Shown here piece by piece: positions 1-9,003 of a DNA stretch of 64,000 nt (position 1 is the first letter of the stretch; each line of letters starts with the position of its first letter). Both the position numbers and the translations under genes were made by a program. Origin of the DNA: an uncultured Fibrobacterota bacterium (GTDB lineage Bacteria > Fibrobacterota > OXYB2-FULL-49-7 > CAYNYI01); NCBI GenBank assembly GCA_964401455.1, contig CAYNYI010000001.1, forward strand, positions 1,245 through 65,244. The letters run 5' to 3'. The notes under the pieces were generated by a model. The model was not told where the DNA came from. It saw only the letters and a program-made list of their open reading frames with translations, and ran no database searches.

Positions 1-834
1 TCAGCTTTTTACGCCCGAGGCAGCTACACCCCGGACAAAGAACCTCTGAAATATAATAAATACAATAAGCACAGGCAGAACCATCATTACTCCGAAAGCC
101 ATTATATCTCCCCATTGTATCGGAGGCAAAGTTTTAAAACTGGCGATCGCAAGCGGAAGAGGCCTGTAGTCAGGTCCGCTTGTTACCATAAGCGGCCAGA
201 GGTAGCTCCCCCAGTACATGAGAAACATAAGAATTGTCACAGTTCCATATACAGGCTTGCTTACAGGCACAATTATCGATAAAAATGTCCTGAAGGCTCC
301 TGCTCCATCTATTTTCGCAGATTCTTCCAGCTCTTTCGGAAGAGCCAGAAAAAACGTATAAAAAAGATAGATAGAAAACGCGTTGGCCGCGAATGGCACT
401 ATCTGGACTCTGTATGTATTTCTCCAGCCGATAGAAACCATCTGATAAAAAAGAGGCACCGCTATGCTTTCAAGGGGAAGAATCATAAGAGCGATAACAA
501 AAATAAGGAAAAAACTCCGGCCCTTCCATTTAAGCCTGGCAAAAGAATACCCTGCAAGAGAGTTTACAATCAGACTGCTTATTACAATCGCGCCGGTTAT
601 AAAAACAGAGTTCAGCATGAATCTTGTAAATTCAATTCTTTCAAAAACATCCCGATAATTTTTAAACGAAAAATTCTCTGGGTTGAAATATGCCGCGGAA
701 CCCATGTCCGAGAGGACCATGTCATCCGGCTTGAGAGAACCCGCAATCATAAAAAGCAGCGGGAGAACAAATATAAGTGCGAAAATAAAAAGCAGAAAAT
801 ATACAGAGGCCGTATTAAAAATTTTATTTCTCAT
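1..834 (-). CDS. carbohydrate ABC transporter permease (MalG/UgpE-like inner-membrane subunit)
   Basis: 277-aa ORF with multiple hydrophobic TM segments and an EAA-loop-like motif (EESAKIDGAGAFRTFLSIIVP) typical of binding-protein-dependent permeases. The stop codon is at 1-3, so it is complete in the window. It is the last gene of an SBP-permease-permease operon. Confidence 0.8.
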   Translation of the reverse strand: MRNKIFNTASVYFLLFIFALIFVLPLLFMIAGSLKPDDMVLSDMGSAAYFNPENFSFKNYRDVFERIEFTRFMLNSVFITGAIVISSLIVNSLAGYSFARLKWKGRSFFLIFVIALMILPLESIAVPLFYQMVSIGWRNTYRVQIVPFAANAFSIYLFYTFFLALPKELEESAKIDGAGAFRTFLSIIVPVSKPVYGTVTILMFLMYWGSYLWPLMVTSGPDYRPLPLAIASFKTLPPIQWGDIMAFGVMMVLPVLIVFIIFQRFFVRGVAASGVKS

Positions 835-1772
835 ATTCCTGCAACCTTTCCTTCCTGACGCATCATTTTACGCTGCAGGGCTGTAATTAAAAGCAGTATC
901 AGAAAAAAGACCACAGTCATTGCCGAGGCGGAGGCTATCTGCTGCTTTTCAAAAGCCGTCCTGACGGCTTTATACATAACGGTTACGGTGGCGTTTTTAG
1001 GTCCGCCTGATGTAAGGATATCAACCTGGTCAAAGAGCCGGAAAGAAAGTATTGAAGTAATTATTATTACTGAAATTAAAGAATTTCTCAGCTGAGGAAG
1101 AGTGATATGCAGAAACTGCTGGAGCTTTCCTGCGCCGTCTATAGCGGCCGCTTCGTAAAGTCTCCCGGGGATGTCCTGCAGTCCGGCAAGAAGAATTACC
1201 ATTTGAAATCCGACCCCCTGCCATATTGAGAGGACAATCAGTGCCGGAAGGGCATAATGCTCATTTCGGAGAAAGTCTACGGGCTCCCAGCCCCCTAAAC
1301 TTATAAATTCCATTACGGAATTAATGAAACCATTTGACCCCGGCGCATAAAGTAGCTGCCACATCACGGCGACAAGTGCCATAGGAAAAACAACAGGCAT
1401 AAAAAAAACGGTCCTGAAAATCGTCACGCCTTTCATTTTTCTGTTAATCAAAAGCGCAAGCATCAGTGCCAGAAAAGTCTGCAGAGGAACAACAGTCAGG
1501 GCAAAAACCCCGTTATTATAAAGAGCTCTCAAAAAAACCGGGTCTGATAATATTTTTATATACTGATCAAAACCTTTGAATTTGAGAGGAATAGGGGAAC
1601 CAAGTTTCAGATTGCTGAAAGAAAGCGCCACGGCCATAAAAAAAGGCAAGGCCACAAAAAGTAAAAGCCCGGAAACAGCGGGAAGGGCCATCAGGAATCC
1701 GGGAGCAAGCCTTATTTCTTTCCGCTGTTCAGCCCTCGAATTCATAACCTTCATTCTCTGTAATGTCTTCAT
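831..1772 (-). CDS. carbohydrate ABC transporter permease (MalF/UgpA-like inner-membrane subunit)
   Basis: 313-aa polytopic membrane ORF with an EAA motif (EAAAIDGAGKLQQFLHITLPQL). It overlaps the downstream permease gene by 4 bp. Confidence 0.8.
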   Translation of the reverse strand: MKTLQRMKVMNSRAEQRKEIRLAPGFLMALPAVSGLLLFVALPFFMAVALSFSNLKLGSPIPLKFKGFDQYIKILSDPVFLRALYNNGVFALTVVPLQTFLALMLALLINRKMKGVTIFRTVFFMPVVFPMALVAVMWQLLYAPGSNGFINSVMEFISLGGWEPVDFLRNEHYALPALIVLSIWQGVGFQMVILLAGLQDIPGRLYEAAAIDGAGKLQQFLHITLPQLRNSLISVIIITSILSFRLFDQVDILTSGGPKNATVTVMYKAVRTAFEKQQIASASAMTVVFFLILLLITALQRKMMRQEGKVAGI

Positions 1773-2997
1773 CTATTTCCGATGCTGCCCTATCAAGGAC
1801 TTTCCTCACATTCATTCCGTCTCTTATCTTTACAAATGCTTCCTGAAAAACAGAAGTAATAACCGGATATGCCGGTGTCTTCGGTCTTGGGACCGCTGTC
1901 TTCCGAAGCTGCCGGACAAAAAGGGACTTTATGTCTTGAGTTCCGAAATCTCCGGATTTCCGGAGCGCATTCTCTGTTGACGGTATCGCACCGTTTGCGC
2001 GGGTCATTTTCAGAATATTGTCTGTCTCAAGTAGATAAAAAAGAAAATCGGCGGCTTTCTCGGGACTCGAACAATTTTGCGTAATACCCCAATTCCAGGA
2101 CCCCTGCCCGGTTCTTGAACCTTCTCCGAAATCCGGAAGAGGAATTAACGCCAGATCTTTTCCAAGGGCTTTTTGGTATCTGTTAAAATCCCAGTGCCCG
2201 GTCCAGGAAAACGCAACTCGTTTTTCAACAAATGCTCTGTCATCGATATTCCTGTCAACAAAACCTTTTTTAAACCAGGTTTGAAGAACCTCCATGGCCT
2301 CAACCGCTTTATTGCTGTTAAGAACACCTGAGGACTTTTTATAGTCAGGCCTGCTTACTAATCCAGCTCCGGCGGAGTGTAAAACAGGTGAGAAAGCGTA
2401 GGTATACCATTCTCCGGAATAATTCATTTTCAGATCTATCACCTGCCCGTCTTTATCCGAACCCGCCAGAATGCCGAGAATTTCGGTAAGCCGTTCAGCC
2501 GTCCAGCTGTCTTCAATTCCCCGGGGAATTTCTATTCCGGCCTTTTTGAGGATAGAGCGGTTAACATATAAAGCCAGACCGGAGTCAAACATTCCTATGG
2601 TATAAATTCTTCCCCTGAAAGTTCCCTGGTCCAAAATAGAAGGTATTATCTCCTTTTTAAGGGAATCGGACATAAAAGAGTCTATCGGCCGCAGTTTTTT
2701 CTGCCATATATAATTATACATGAAAGGACCGTCAAACTCGAGTATATCCGGAAGACTTCCGGACAGTGCGGCAGACTGTATCTGCGCGTTGTAATCGCCT
2801 TCCGGTATTATTGTCAGTGTGACGCTAACACTGTCTGACTGAGTGTTATAATCCTGAATAATTCTTTCAATTGCTTTTTTTTCCGGAATTTGTCCGGAAT
2901 GGACCCATACAGAAAGTTTATTTTCACCTTTATCCTTACCGGCGCAGGAAAGTATCAGAAACAAAAGAAACACCCAATTATAAAGAGATTTTCTCAA
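1729..2997 (-). CDS. ABC transporter extracellular solute-binding lipoprotein (sugar-binding family)
   Basis: 422-aa ORF with a lipoprotein signal (LFLILSCAGKDKG) and a size and composition typical of SBP_bac_1 proteins. It is the first gene of the transporter operon. Confidence 0.7.
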   Translation of the reverse strand: MRKSLYNWVFLLFLILSCAGKDKGENKLSVWVHSGQIPEKKAIERIIQDYNTQSDSVSVTLTIIPEGDYNAQIQSAALSGSLPDILEFDGPFMYNYIWQKKLRPIDSFMSDSLKKEIIPSILDQGTFRGRIYTIGMFDSGLALYVNRSILKKAGIEIPRGIEDSWTAERLTEILGILAGSDKDGQVIDLKMNYSGEWYTYAFSPVLHSAGAGLVSRPDYKKSSGVLNSNKAVEAMEVLQTWFKKGFVDRNIDDRAFVEKRVAFSWTGHWDFNRYQKALGKDLALIPLPDFGEGSRTGQGSWNWGITQNCSSPEKAADFLFYLLETDNILKMTRANGAIPSTENALRKSGDFGTQDIKSLFVRQLRKTAVPRPKTPAYPVITSVFQEAFVKIRDGMNVRKVLDRAASEIDEDITENEGYEFEG

Positions 2998-3076
2998 AAA
3001 AACTCCTCTTGATGATATTTATAAATAGTTGTTATTTAAGATACAATATGAGAAACGATATGTCAAAAATGTCTTT

Positions 3077-4069
3077 TCAGGATCCTGAATCTGATTTCTG
3101 ATAGTAATTAACGGCGGAAGAAATTATCGGCGCAATATCATCATAGAAAGGGGTCCATCCGAGCTTCCGGCGGGCCTTCTCATATGAACCGACCAACTCA
3201 GGGGGGTCTCCCTCTCTTCTTGGCGCGCCTTTCCATCTTACTTTACGGCCGGTTATTTTCTCAATGTTTTCTATTATCTCCATGACAGAAAAACCCCTTG
3301 AATTTCCAAGATTGAAAATATCCGGTTCACCCCCTGATTTCAGGTAATCAAAGCCCTTGAGATGTGCTTCACAAAGATCATTGACATGTATATAATCTCT
3401 TATACAAGTTCCGTCGCCGGTTTCATAGTCCTCACCGAAAACCGACAATTCAAAACCGCCGGAACTAGAAGCCTTAAAACAAAGCGGAATTAAATGTGTC
3501 TCGGGATTATGCTCTTCCCCGATTTCTCCGGAAGGATCGGCCCCGGCGACATTAAAGTATCGGAAAATAACATAATTAAGATTTCCGTTTTGCGCCGTAC
3601 TCATGATTCTTTTCTCTGCTTCTTTCTTTGAAACCCCGTAAGGATTAACCGGAGACAGAGGAAAATTTTCTTCAATAGGAATTCTTGAAGGAATTCCGTA
3701 AACGGCGCATGTGCTTGAAAAAATCAGATTATTAACGCCCCTTAATTCCATCTCATCGACAAGATTAGAAGTTCCGCCGATATTATTCTCAAAATATAAA
3801 TCCGGCTTTTTTACGGACTCTCCAACATCCATAAAGGCGGCAAAATGAAAAACCGCGCTTATCCCCGGATATTCTGAAAAAACAGCGGCCACGTCTTTTT
3901 TATTTCTCAAGTCACCCTGAAAAAAACTCCCGTAATTCAGAAACTTTTTTGAGCTTCTCTCAAGACTGTCAAAAACTACAACGTCAAACCCTCTCTCCGC
4001 GAGCATACGGCTCATATGTGAGCCAATATAGCCCGCCCCTCCGGTAACAAGAATCTTTTCTTTTTTCAT
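3077..4069 (-). CDS. galE: UDP-glucose 4-epimerase
   Basis: N-terminal Rossmann motif KILVTGGAGYIGSH with overall GalE-like sequence. The start is placed at the internal Met (MKKEKILVTGG...), ATG at 4067-4069. The longer ORF up to 4135 is probably a 5' over-extension. Confidence 0.8.
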   Translation of the reverse strand: MKKEKILVTGGAGYIGSHMSRMLAERGFDVVVFDSLERSSKKFLNYGSFFQGDLRNKKDVAAVFSEYPGISAVFHFAAFMDVGESVKKPDLYFENNIGGTSNLVDEMELRGVNNLIFSSTCAVYGIPSRIPIEENFPLSPVNPYGVSKKEAEKRIMSTAQNGNLNYVIFRYFNVAGADPSGEIGEEHNPETHLIPLCFKASSSGGFELSVFGEDYETGDGTCIRDYIHVNDLCEAHLKGFDYLKSGGEPDIFNLGNSRGFSVMEIIENIEKITGRKVRWKGAPRREGDPPELVGSYEKARRKLGWTPFYDDIAPIISSAVNYYQKSDSGS

Positions 4070-4165
4070 ATCATTTTCTCTGTTATCGTAAAGACCTGAT
4101 TCAATATATTTTCTAAATAATTGTTTATCAAGCATTTTAAAAATATTCTAATTATATTTTAAGAA

Positions 4166-5359
4166 ATGCTGAAGAAAAACAAATACGGTATCATTGTCTG
4201 CGGAGCGGGGCCCGCGGGTTCAAGCGCCGCAAAAGCGGCGGCGGAAGCCGGAGCGGATGTTCTTTTAATAGAAAAAAAACAGGAAACCGGCACTCCTCTA
4301 CGCTGCGGGGAGGCATCCGGGTCTAAAGATGAAATTTCCCGTTTTATTAAAATAGATCATAAGTGGATATCGGCAGAGATAAATGCCGTCCGGGTTAAAA
4401 GTGATAATGCGGAATTCCAAAAAGAGATACCTTCCGCCGGTCTTGTTCTCGACAGAAAGATATTCGACCGGGAACTTGCTCTTTCCGCTGTTAAATCCGG
4501 GGCGGATTTTTTACCCTGCGCGTGCCTGACAGGTGTAAAAATGTCCGGAAAAGGCCAAATAAAGTCCGCAGAAGTTCTTCATTTCGGGGAGAAAATATCT
4601 ATAAATGCCGACATTTTTATCGGAGCTGACGGGCCGTGCTCTACTCTGGCAAAAGCAGCCGGCCTGAAGACAAAACACAAAAAAAAAGAGTTCGCTTCCG
4701 GCCTCCAATACCTTGCCGCGCCTGTAGAAAATCTCCGTGAAGACTGCCTGCATTTTTTTATCACCTCAAAAAAAGGTTATTTCTGGGCATTCCCTAAAGG
4801 AGGAAAAGTTTTTAATATCGGAACCGGCTGGATTCCGGATTACCCCGAACAATCAGTTATGAAAAATGAACTGGACTCATTCATGCGTAAAAACTTTCCG
4901 AAAGCTTCCGTGGTTGAAATCCATGCCGGCGGAATCCCCGGCGACGGAGGTCTAAAAGAAATTGTTCGTGGCAATCTTGCCGTTATAGGAGATGCGGCAC
5001 ATCATATACACCCTCTTTCGGGAGGCGGAATTATGAATGCTCTTGAAGACGGCTTATGGGCGGGTAAAGCGGCGGCGGAAGCTTCGAAAGACCCAAAAAA
5101 TGCAGAAAGACACCTAAAAGAATACGAAAAAGCGTTCGCGTCAAAGAATAAAAAATCTTTCCGGTGGGGCCGGCGGTTTCGAAATGTTCTTTATTCCATG
5201 TCCGGAAAAGAGATAGATACCGTTATTTCCGGTGCGGAGAAAATGCTCGAATCATTCGATAGAAAAAAGATAATGTCTCCGGAGTTTTTAAAACTAATAT
5301 TAAAATCAAGCCCTCTGTTCCTTAGAAAAGCAGGCGCCCTGTTCGGGTTTAAAAAATGA
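4166..5359 (+). CDS. geranylgeranyl reductase family FAD-dependent oxidoreductase
   Basis: N-terminal FAD-binding motif IIVCGAGPAGSSAAKAAAEAGADVLLIEKK followed by the GGR-family signature GTPLRCGEASGS (compare archaeal GGR P-V-R-C-G-E). Length 397 aa. Confidence 0.7.
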   Translation: MLKKNKYGIIVCGAGPAGSSAAKAAAEAGADVLLIEKKQETGTPLRCGEASGSKDEISRFIKIDHKWISAEINAVRVKSDNAEFQKEIPSAGLVLDRKIFDRELALSAVKSGADFLPCACLTGVKMSGKGQIKSAEVLHFGEKISINADIFIGADGPCSTLAKAAGLKTKHKKKEFASGLQYLAAPVENLREDCLHFFITSKKGYFWAFPKGGKVFNIGTGWIPDYPEQSVMKNELDSFMRKNFPKASVVEIHAGGIPGDGGLKEIVRGNLAVIGDAAHHIHPLSGGGIMNALEDGLWAGKAAAEASKDPKNAERHLKEYEKAFASKNKKSFRWGRRFRNVLYSMSGKEIDTVISGAEKMLESFDRKKIMSPEFLKLILKSSPLFLRKAGALFGFKK

Positions 5360-5529
5360 AACTTATCCGTATTGAAAATAATTTGTGTATTTACTGTGAG
5401 GCCTGCTGCGCCCTTTGCCCCGAAGACGCACTCAAATCAGAAAGCCGGAGAATAAATATCTCTCAAAATTGCAGTAAATGCGGTATTTGTGCCAGTATAT
5501 GCCCGTGTGGCGCCATAAAGCAGGATTAG
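5356..5529 (+). CDS. small 2[4Fe-4S] ferredoxin
   Basis: 57-aa ORF, absent from the ORF track because it is under 60 aa. It has two CxxCxxCxxxCP clusters (CIYCEACCALCP and CSKCGICASICP). Its ATG overlaps the GGR stop (ATGA), implying translational coupling. Confidence 0.6.
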   Translation: MKLIRIENNLCIYCEACCALCPEDALKSESRRINISQNCSKCGICASICPCGAIKQD

Positions 5530-7439
5530 AAACGGTTTTTTCTTTCAACAGGAATGTTCTCGAGAGCTATGCGAAAATTGCATAAAGACACATTGTGTTT
5601 TCGGCATATAGATTTTAAATTATGTTCCCTGTTTCCGTTAACAAATTTCGATGAAAGAACAATCCTCTGAATTCCGTATTCGGAGCAAACAGCGTCAAGA
5701 TCATTTATTGAACCAAGAACTTTATAGTTATGAATTTCTTTTTTCTGTTTAAGTGGATCATCATCAATAAACCCGACAATCTTTAAATCATTACTGTCAC
5801 GCATAAACACATTGGCAGCCAGCTCTCCTCTGTCTCCGGCGCCGTAGATAAGAGTCTTTTCTCCCTCTTTTTTGTCAGCCAGCTCCCGCGAAGCATATAG
5901 ATAGAAAAAGTTATAGCTTATCCTTACACCGATTATAAGAATAATCATAAAAAGCCAATAAACAATATAAGTCTTCATTGACAAACCGTTTTCAGGAGAA
6001 AGATAACTGAAAATAAAAAACGAAAGCAGCACCCCTCCTGTTACACCTTTAAAAAACTTCCCGATCGCGCCAAGGCTGATGTGGCGCCACATATCCTTGT
6101 AGTATCCGAACGCGAGAAAAGAGATGAAACATACCCCGAAATTCAGTGTAAACCTTTTTATAAGTGCCGGGGCTGACAAAGCCTGAAGACAAGTTTCATC
6201 AATAATAAACATGGCAAAGTAATAACTTACGGAAACAAGCACAAAATCAATGAACATTTCGAAAATATGATGTCTTGTCATCCTTCTGATCAAAAAAGGA
6301 TATTTCTTTCCCGTAATATTATATTCTGCCTGATAATATTCTTTGTTTTTTTCTATTCGCTTTGCGTTGAGCTTAACAAGTATAGTCTCAATGTATCCAA
6401 GTCGTTTAATCCCGACAAAAACCAGCATCGTCATTAGAAAAAGAATTCCGGCTGCGGTCTGATCCTGTGCCGCCGTCATCATAAGGGCCAGCATTCCAAA
6501 AACAAGAGTTACAAAATACAGAATAAATACCGTCTGCTTTTGATTAAAACCAAATGAAAGCAGCCGGTGATGAAAATGGTCTTTGTCCGCCGAAAAGGGG
6601 CTTGCGCCTGTAATAATACGCCTGACCATAGCGAATAGAGTATCAAAAATAGGAACACCGAGCGCAACAAAGGGAATGATAAGAGAGACTGTGGCAGCGC
6701 TGACAACCGCCTCTTTCAAAGAAATTAGCGCGAGAATATAACCTAGGAAGAGACTCCCGGTATCTCCCATAAAAATCCTTGCCGGATTAAAATTATACTT
6801 CAGGAATCCCATCAACGAACCCGCAAGAGAAAGGCTCAAAAGAAGCACAACCGGTTTATTGGAAATTATAGCTATGGCGCTGAGCGTAATCGCCACAATC
6901 ATGGAAATACCCGAAGCAAGACCGTCCATTCCGTCAGAAAGGTTCACGGCGTTTGTAACCCCGACAATCCAAAAAACGGTAAGAGGAACCCCCATCCAAC
7001 CCAGTGCGATGGGATCTCCACCGAAAGGGTTTGTAAGCCTGTCTATTTTAAGACCCTTATAAACCAGAAAAGACGCGACAGCAAACTGAACAACGAACTT
7101 CAGTTTTGCGTCCGCGCCCCTGAGGTCATCATATATTCCAAGAAATAAAATAATGACACCGCCAATAAGTATATAAAGGTAACGCTCAGAAAAGATGTCG
7201 GGAGTAGAAGCACTGCCGCCTCTAAGGTAATCCAGAAAATAAAAGAAGCTAATTCCGGCGGCAAAACCTATAAAGATGGCGATTCCCCCCATAAGGGGAA
7301 TCGTGCCTTTATGAATCTTTCTTCCGTCAGGTTTATCAACCGCCCCAATTGATAAGGCCAGGTTTTTAACATAAGGAGTTAAAAACCAGCTTACAGCAAG
7401 CGCGGCGAACCCTGAGAGCAAATAATCTGTTAAAATCAT
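5526..7439 (-). CDS. WecA/MraY-family polyprenyl-phosphate N-acetylhexosamine-1-phosphate transferase fused to a C-terminal WbaP-N-terminal-like (TM + CoA-binding-like) module
   Basis: The N-terminal ~330 aa are polytopic with PNPT motifs (IYDDLRG; VNLSDGMDGLASG). The C-terminal ~300 aa add more TM helices and a GAGDRGELAANVF...IVGFIDDDP...VLGSINDL segment resembling the non-catalytic N-terminal domain of sugar phosphotransferases. Confidence 0.65.
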   Translation of the reverse strand: MILTDYLLSGFAALAVSWFLTPYVKNLALSIGAVDKPDGRKIHKGTIPLMGGIAIFIGFAAGISFFYFLDYLRGGSASTPDIFSERYLYILIGGVIILFLGIYDDLRGADAKLKFVVQFAVASFLVYKGLKIDRLTNPFGGDPIALGWMGVPLTVFWIVGVTNAVNLSDGMDGLASGISMIVAITLSAIAIISNKPVVLLLSLSLAGSLMGFLKYNFNPARIFMGDTGSLFLGYILALISLKEAVVSAATVSLIIPFVALGVPIFDTLFAMVRRIITGASPFSADKDHFHHRLLSFGFNQKQTVFILYFVTLVFGMLALMMTAAQDQTAAGILFLMTMLVFVGIKRLGYIETILVKLNAKRIEKNKEYYQAEYNITGKKYPFLIRRMTRHHIFEMFIDFVLVSVSYYFAMFIIDETCLQALSAPALIKRFTLNFGVCFISFLAFGYYKDMWRHISLGAIGKFFKGVTGGVLLSFFIFSYLSPENGLSMKTYIVYWLFMIILIIGVRISYNFFYLYASRELADKKEGEKTLIYGAGDRGELAANVFMRDSNDLKIVGFIDDDPLKQKKEIHNYKVLGSINDLDAVCSEYGIQRIVLSSKFVNGNREHNLKSICRKHNVSLCNFRIALENIPVERKNRF

Positions 7440-7563
7440 TAAATATATTTAAAAAGCAATCAGCTTTTTTTCTAAATTAATAACCCCTTGACCCTTTTTC
7501 CTCAAACGTAATATAAATTAAATCCTGTTTTTTGACAATAGATTTCGTATAGGAGTATGTCTT

Positions 7564-9003
7564 TCAGCTGCCGAAATCCGCCGCGGATGAGCCGGGATGA
7601 AGTCTTGTTCCTTCCGGTATGTGAATATTTTTGTTCGAATTATTTACAAGAGAAACTTCTCCCTCTACAATAGTTCCGCGGCCAAAAACAAATGGCCCTG
7701 AGACCTTGAAAGAACGACACTTCTTGAGAGAAGGAAAACCCGAAGGGAACCTTTCTGAAAAGTCTTTCATTCTCCCGAAGAATTTTTTGTCAAGCTCTAT
7801 ATAAGCCCTGCCGGCGCTTGCCTCTTCCCGGGCCGAAAGCATTCCGGTTTTTTCATTATAATCATACAAATCAGAGCAGACAAGCAAAAGATCTGATGTG
7901 CTTTTTACGGGAAGAAACCTGCTTCTGGGTACTTCTATGGCCGAAGCACCGTTAAAAAACTGGATTCCGGATCCGACTGTGGATTCAACCTGAATCACTT
8001 TTGCTGATTCGGGGTCAACGGGGTTAACTGTCTTCTTGTTTTTGATAAGAGGCAGTCGGAAAAAGCCGCCCTGTTTTTCAAGCTCTTTTTTAAGGCATTT
8101 CAGGTTCATCCAGATATTATTGATATTAAAATATCTGAAATACTCTATATCCATGAATTTGTCGAGCTCTTCTTCCGGGCATTGCGCCGTATCTCTCAGC
8201 ATAAGGTTTCCATCGGTTTTTGTCCCGAGATGTCCGCCTTTTTTGTCCATGGGTGTCCTTCTGGTAACTTCGGAAATAAAAGAAATATTCTCATCTGCCA
8301 TATAGCCGAGGATCCTGTATTCCATAACGGTACCAAGGTTGTCAATATTTGAAAGAAAAAGGAACTCGAACCCTTTTTCCAGAAGAGAGTCAAGGACCCC
8401 GGAGGAGTTGAGTGCTATGTAAAAGTCTCCATGACCGGGAGGGTTCCATTCCTTTTCCGGGTCAACCGGATATGAAACCGGCATCAGATCGCCCTCGTTA
8501 ATCTTGGGAAACTTGTTCTGAATAAACTCCAGGGTCATATCCTGTACAAAATCTGTTTTTTCACTTATATGTCTCATAGTATCATCAGATGTTGCAAAGC
8601 TGTTCATAAACAATGCCGGAATATCAGATCCTCCGGATTTGCGCATGAATTCCGTCTGCCGCAAAACGATGTCAAGAAAAGTCTTTTCTCCCCTGACCGG
8701 CAAAAGACCTTTGGGGCCCTCGAGTCCCATTGTTGTCCCGAGCCCGCCGTTCAATTTGCACATAACACATTTTTCAAGAAATTTTCGCCCACTTTCCGCA
8801 TATGAATCAAGAGAAGAAAGAGGCCGCGGATCCGGGGATCTTTCGAAGTCTTGGCCTTCATATAAAAGACCATTGTCTCCCTCAATCATTTTATCGAAAT
8901 AATGACAGAAAATATCTATTACGGGTTTTTTGAGCCCGTCATTTTTCATCTTATCTATAAAAGCTTCTTTGTTCTTATTCATAAGGGTTATATCTCCTTT
9001 CAA
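7564..9003 (-). CDS. UDP-sugar pyrophosphorylase (UTP--glucose-1-phosphate uridylyltransferase, eukaryotic UDPGP-type)
   Basis: Signature KLNGGLGTTMGLEGPKGLLPV of the UDPGP family; 479 aa. The true start may be the internal Met (MNKNKEAF...). Confidence 0.7.
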   Translation of the reverse strand: MKGDITLMNKNKEAFIDKMKNDGLKKPVIDIFCHYFDKMIEGDNGLLYEGQDFERSPDPRPLSSLDSYAESGRKFLEKCVMCKLNGGLGTTMGLEGPKGLLPVRGEKTFLDIVLRQTEFMRKSGGSDIPALFMNSFATSDDTMRHISEKTDFVQDMTLEFIQNKFPKINEGDLMPVSYPVDPEKEWNPPGHGDFYIALNSSGVLDSLLEKGFEFLFLSNIDNLGTVMEYRILGYMADENISFISEVTRRTPMDKKGGHLGTKTDGNLMLRDTAQCPEEELDKFMDIEYFRYFNINNIWMNLKCLKKELEKQGGFFRLPLIKNKKTVNPVDPESAKVIQVESTVGSGIQFFNGASAIEVPRSRFLPVKSTSDLLLVCSDLYDYNEKTGMLSAREEASAGRAYIELDKKFFGRMKDFSERFPSGFPSLKKCRSFKVSGPFVFGRGTIVEGEVSLVNNSNKNIHIPEGTRLHPGSSAADFGS

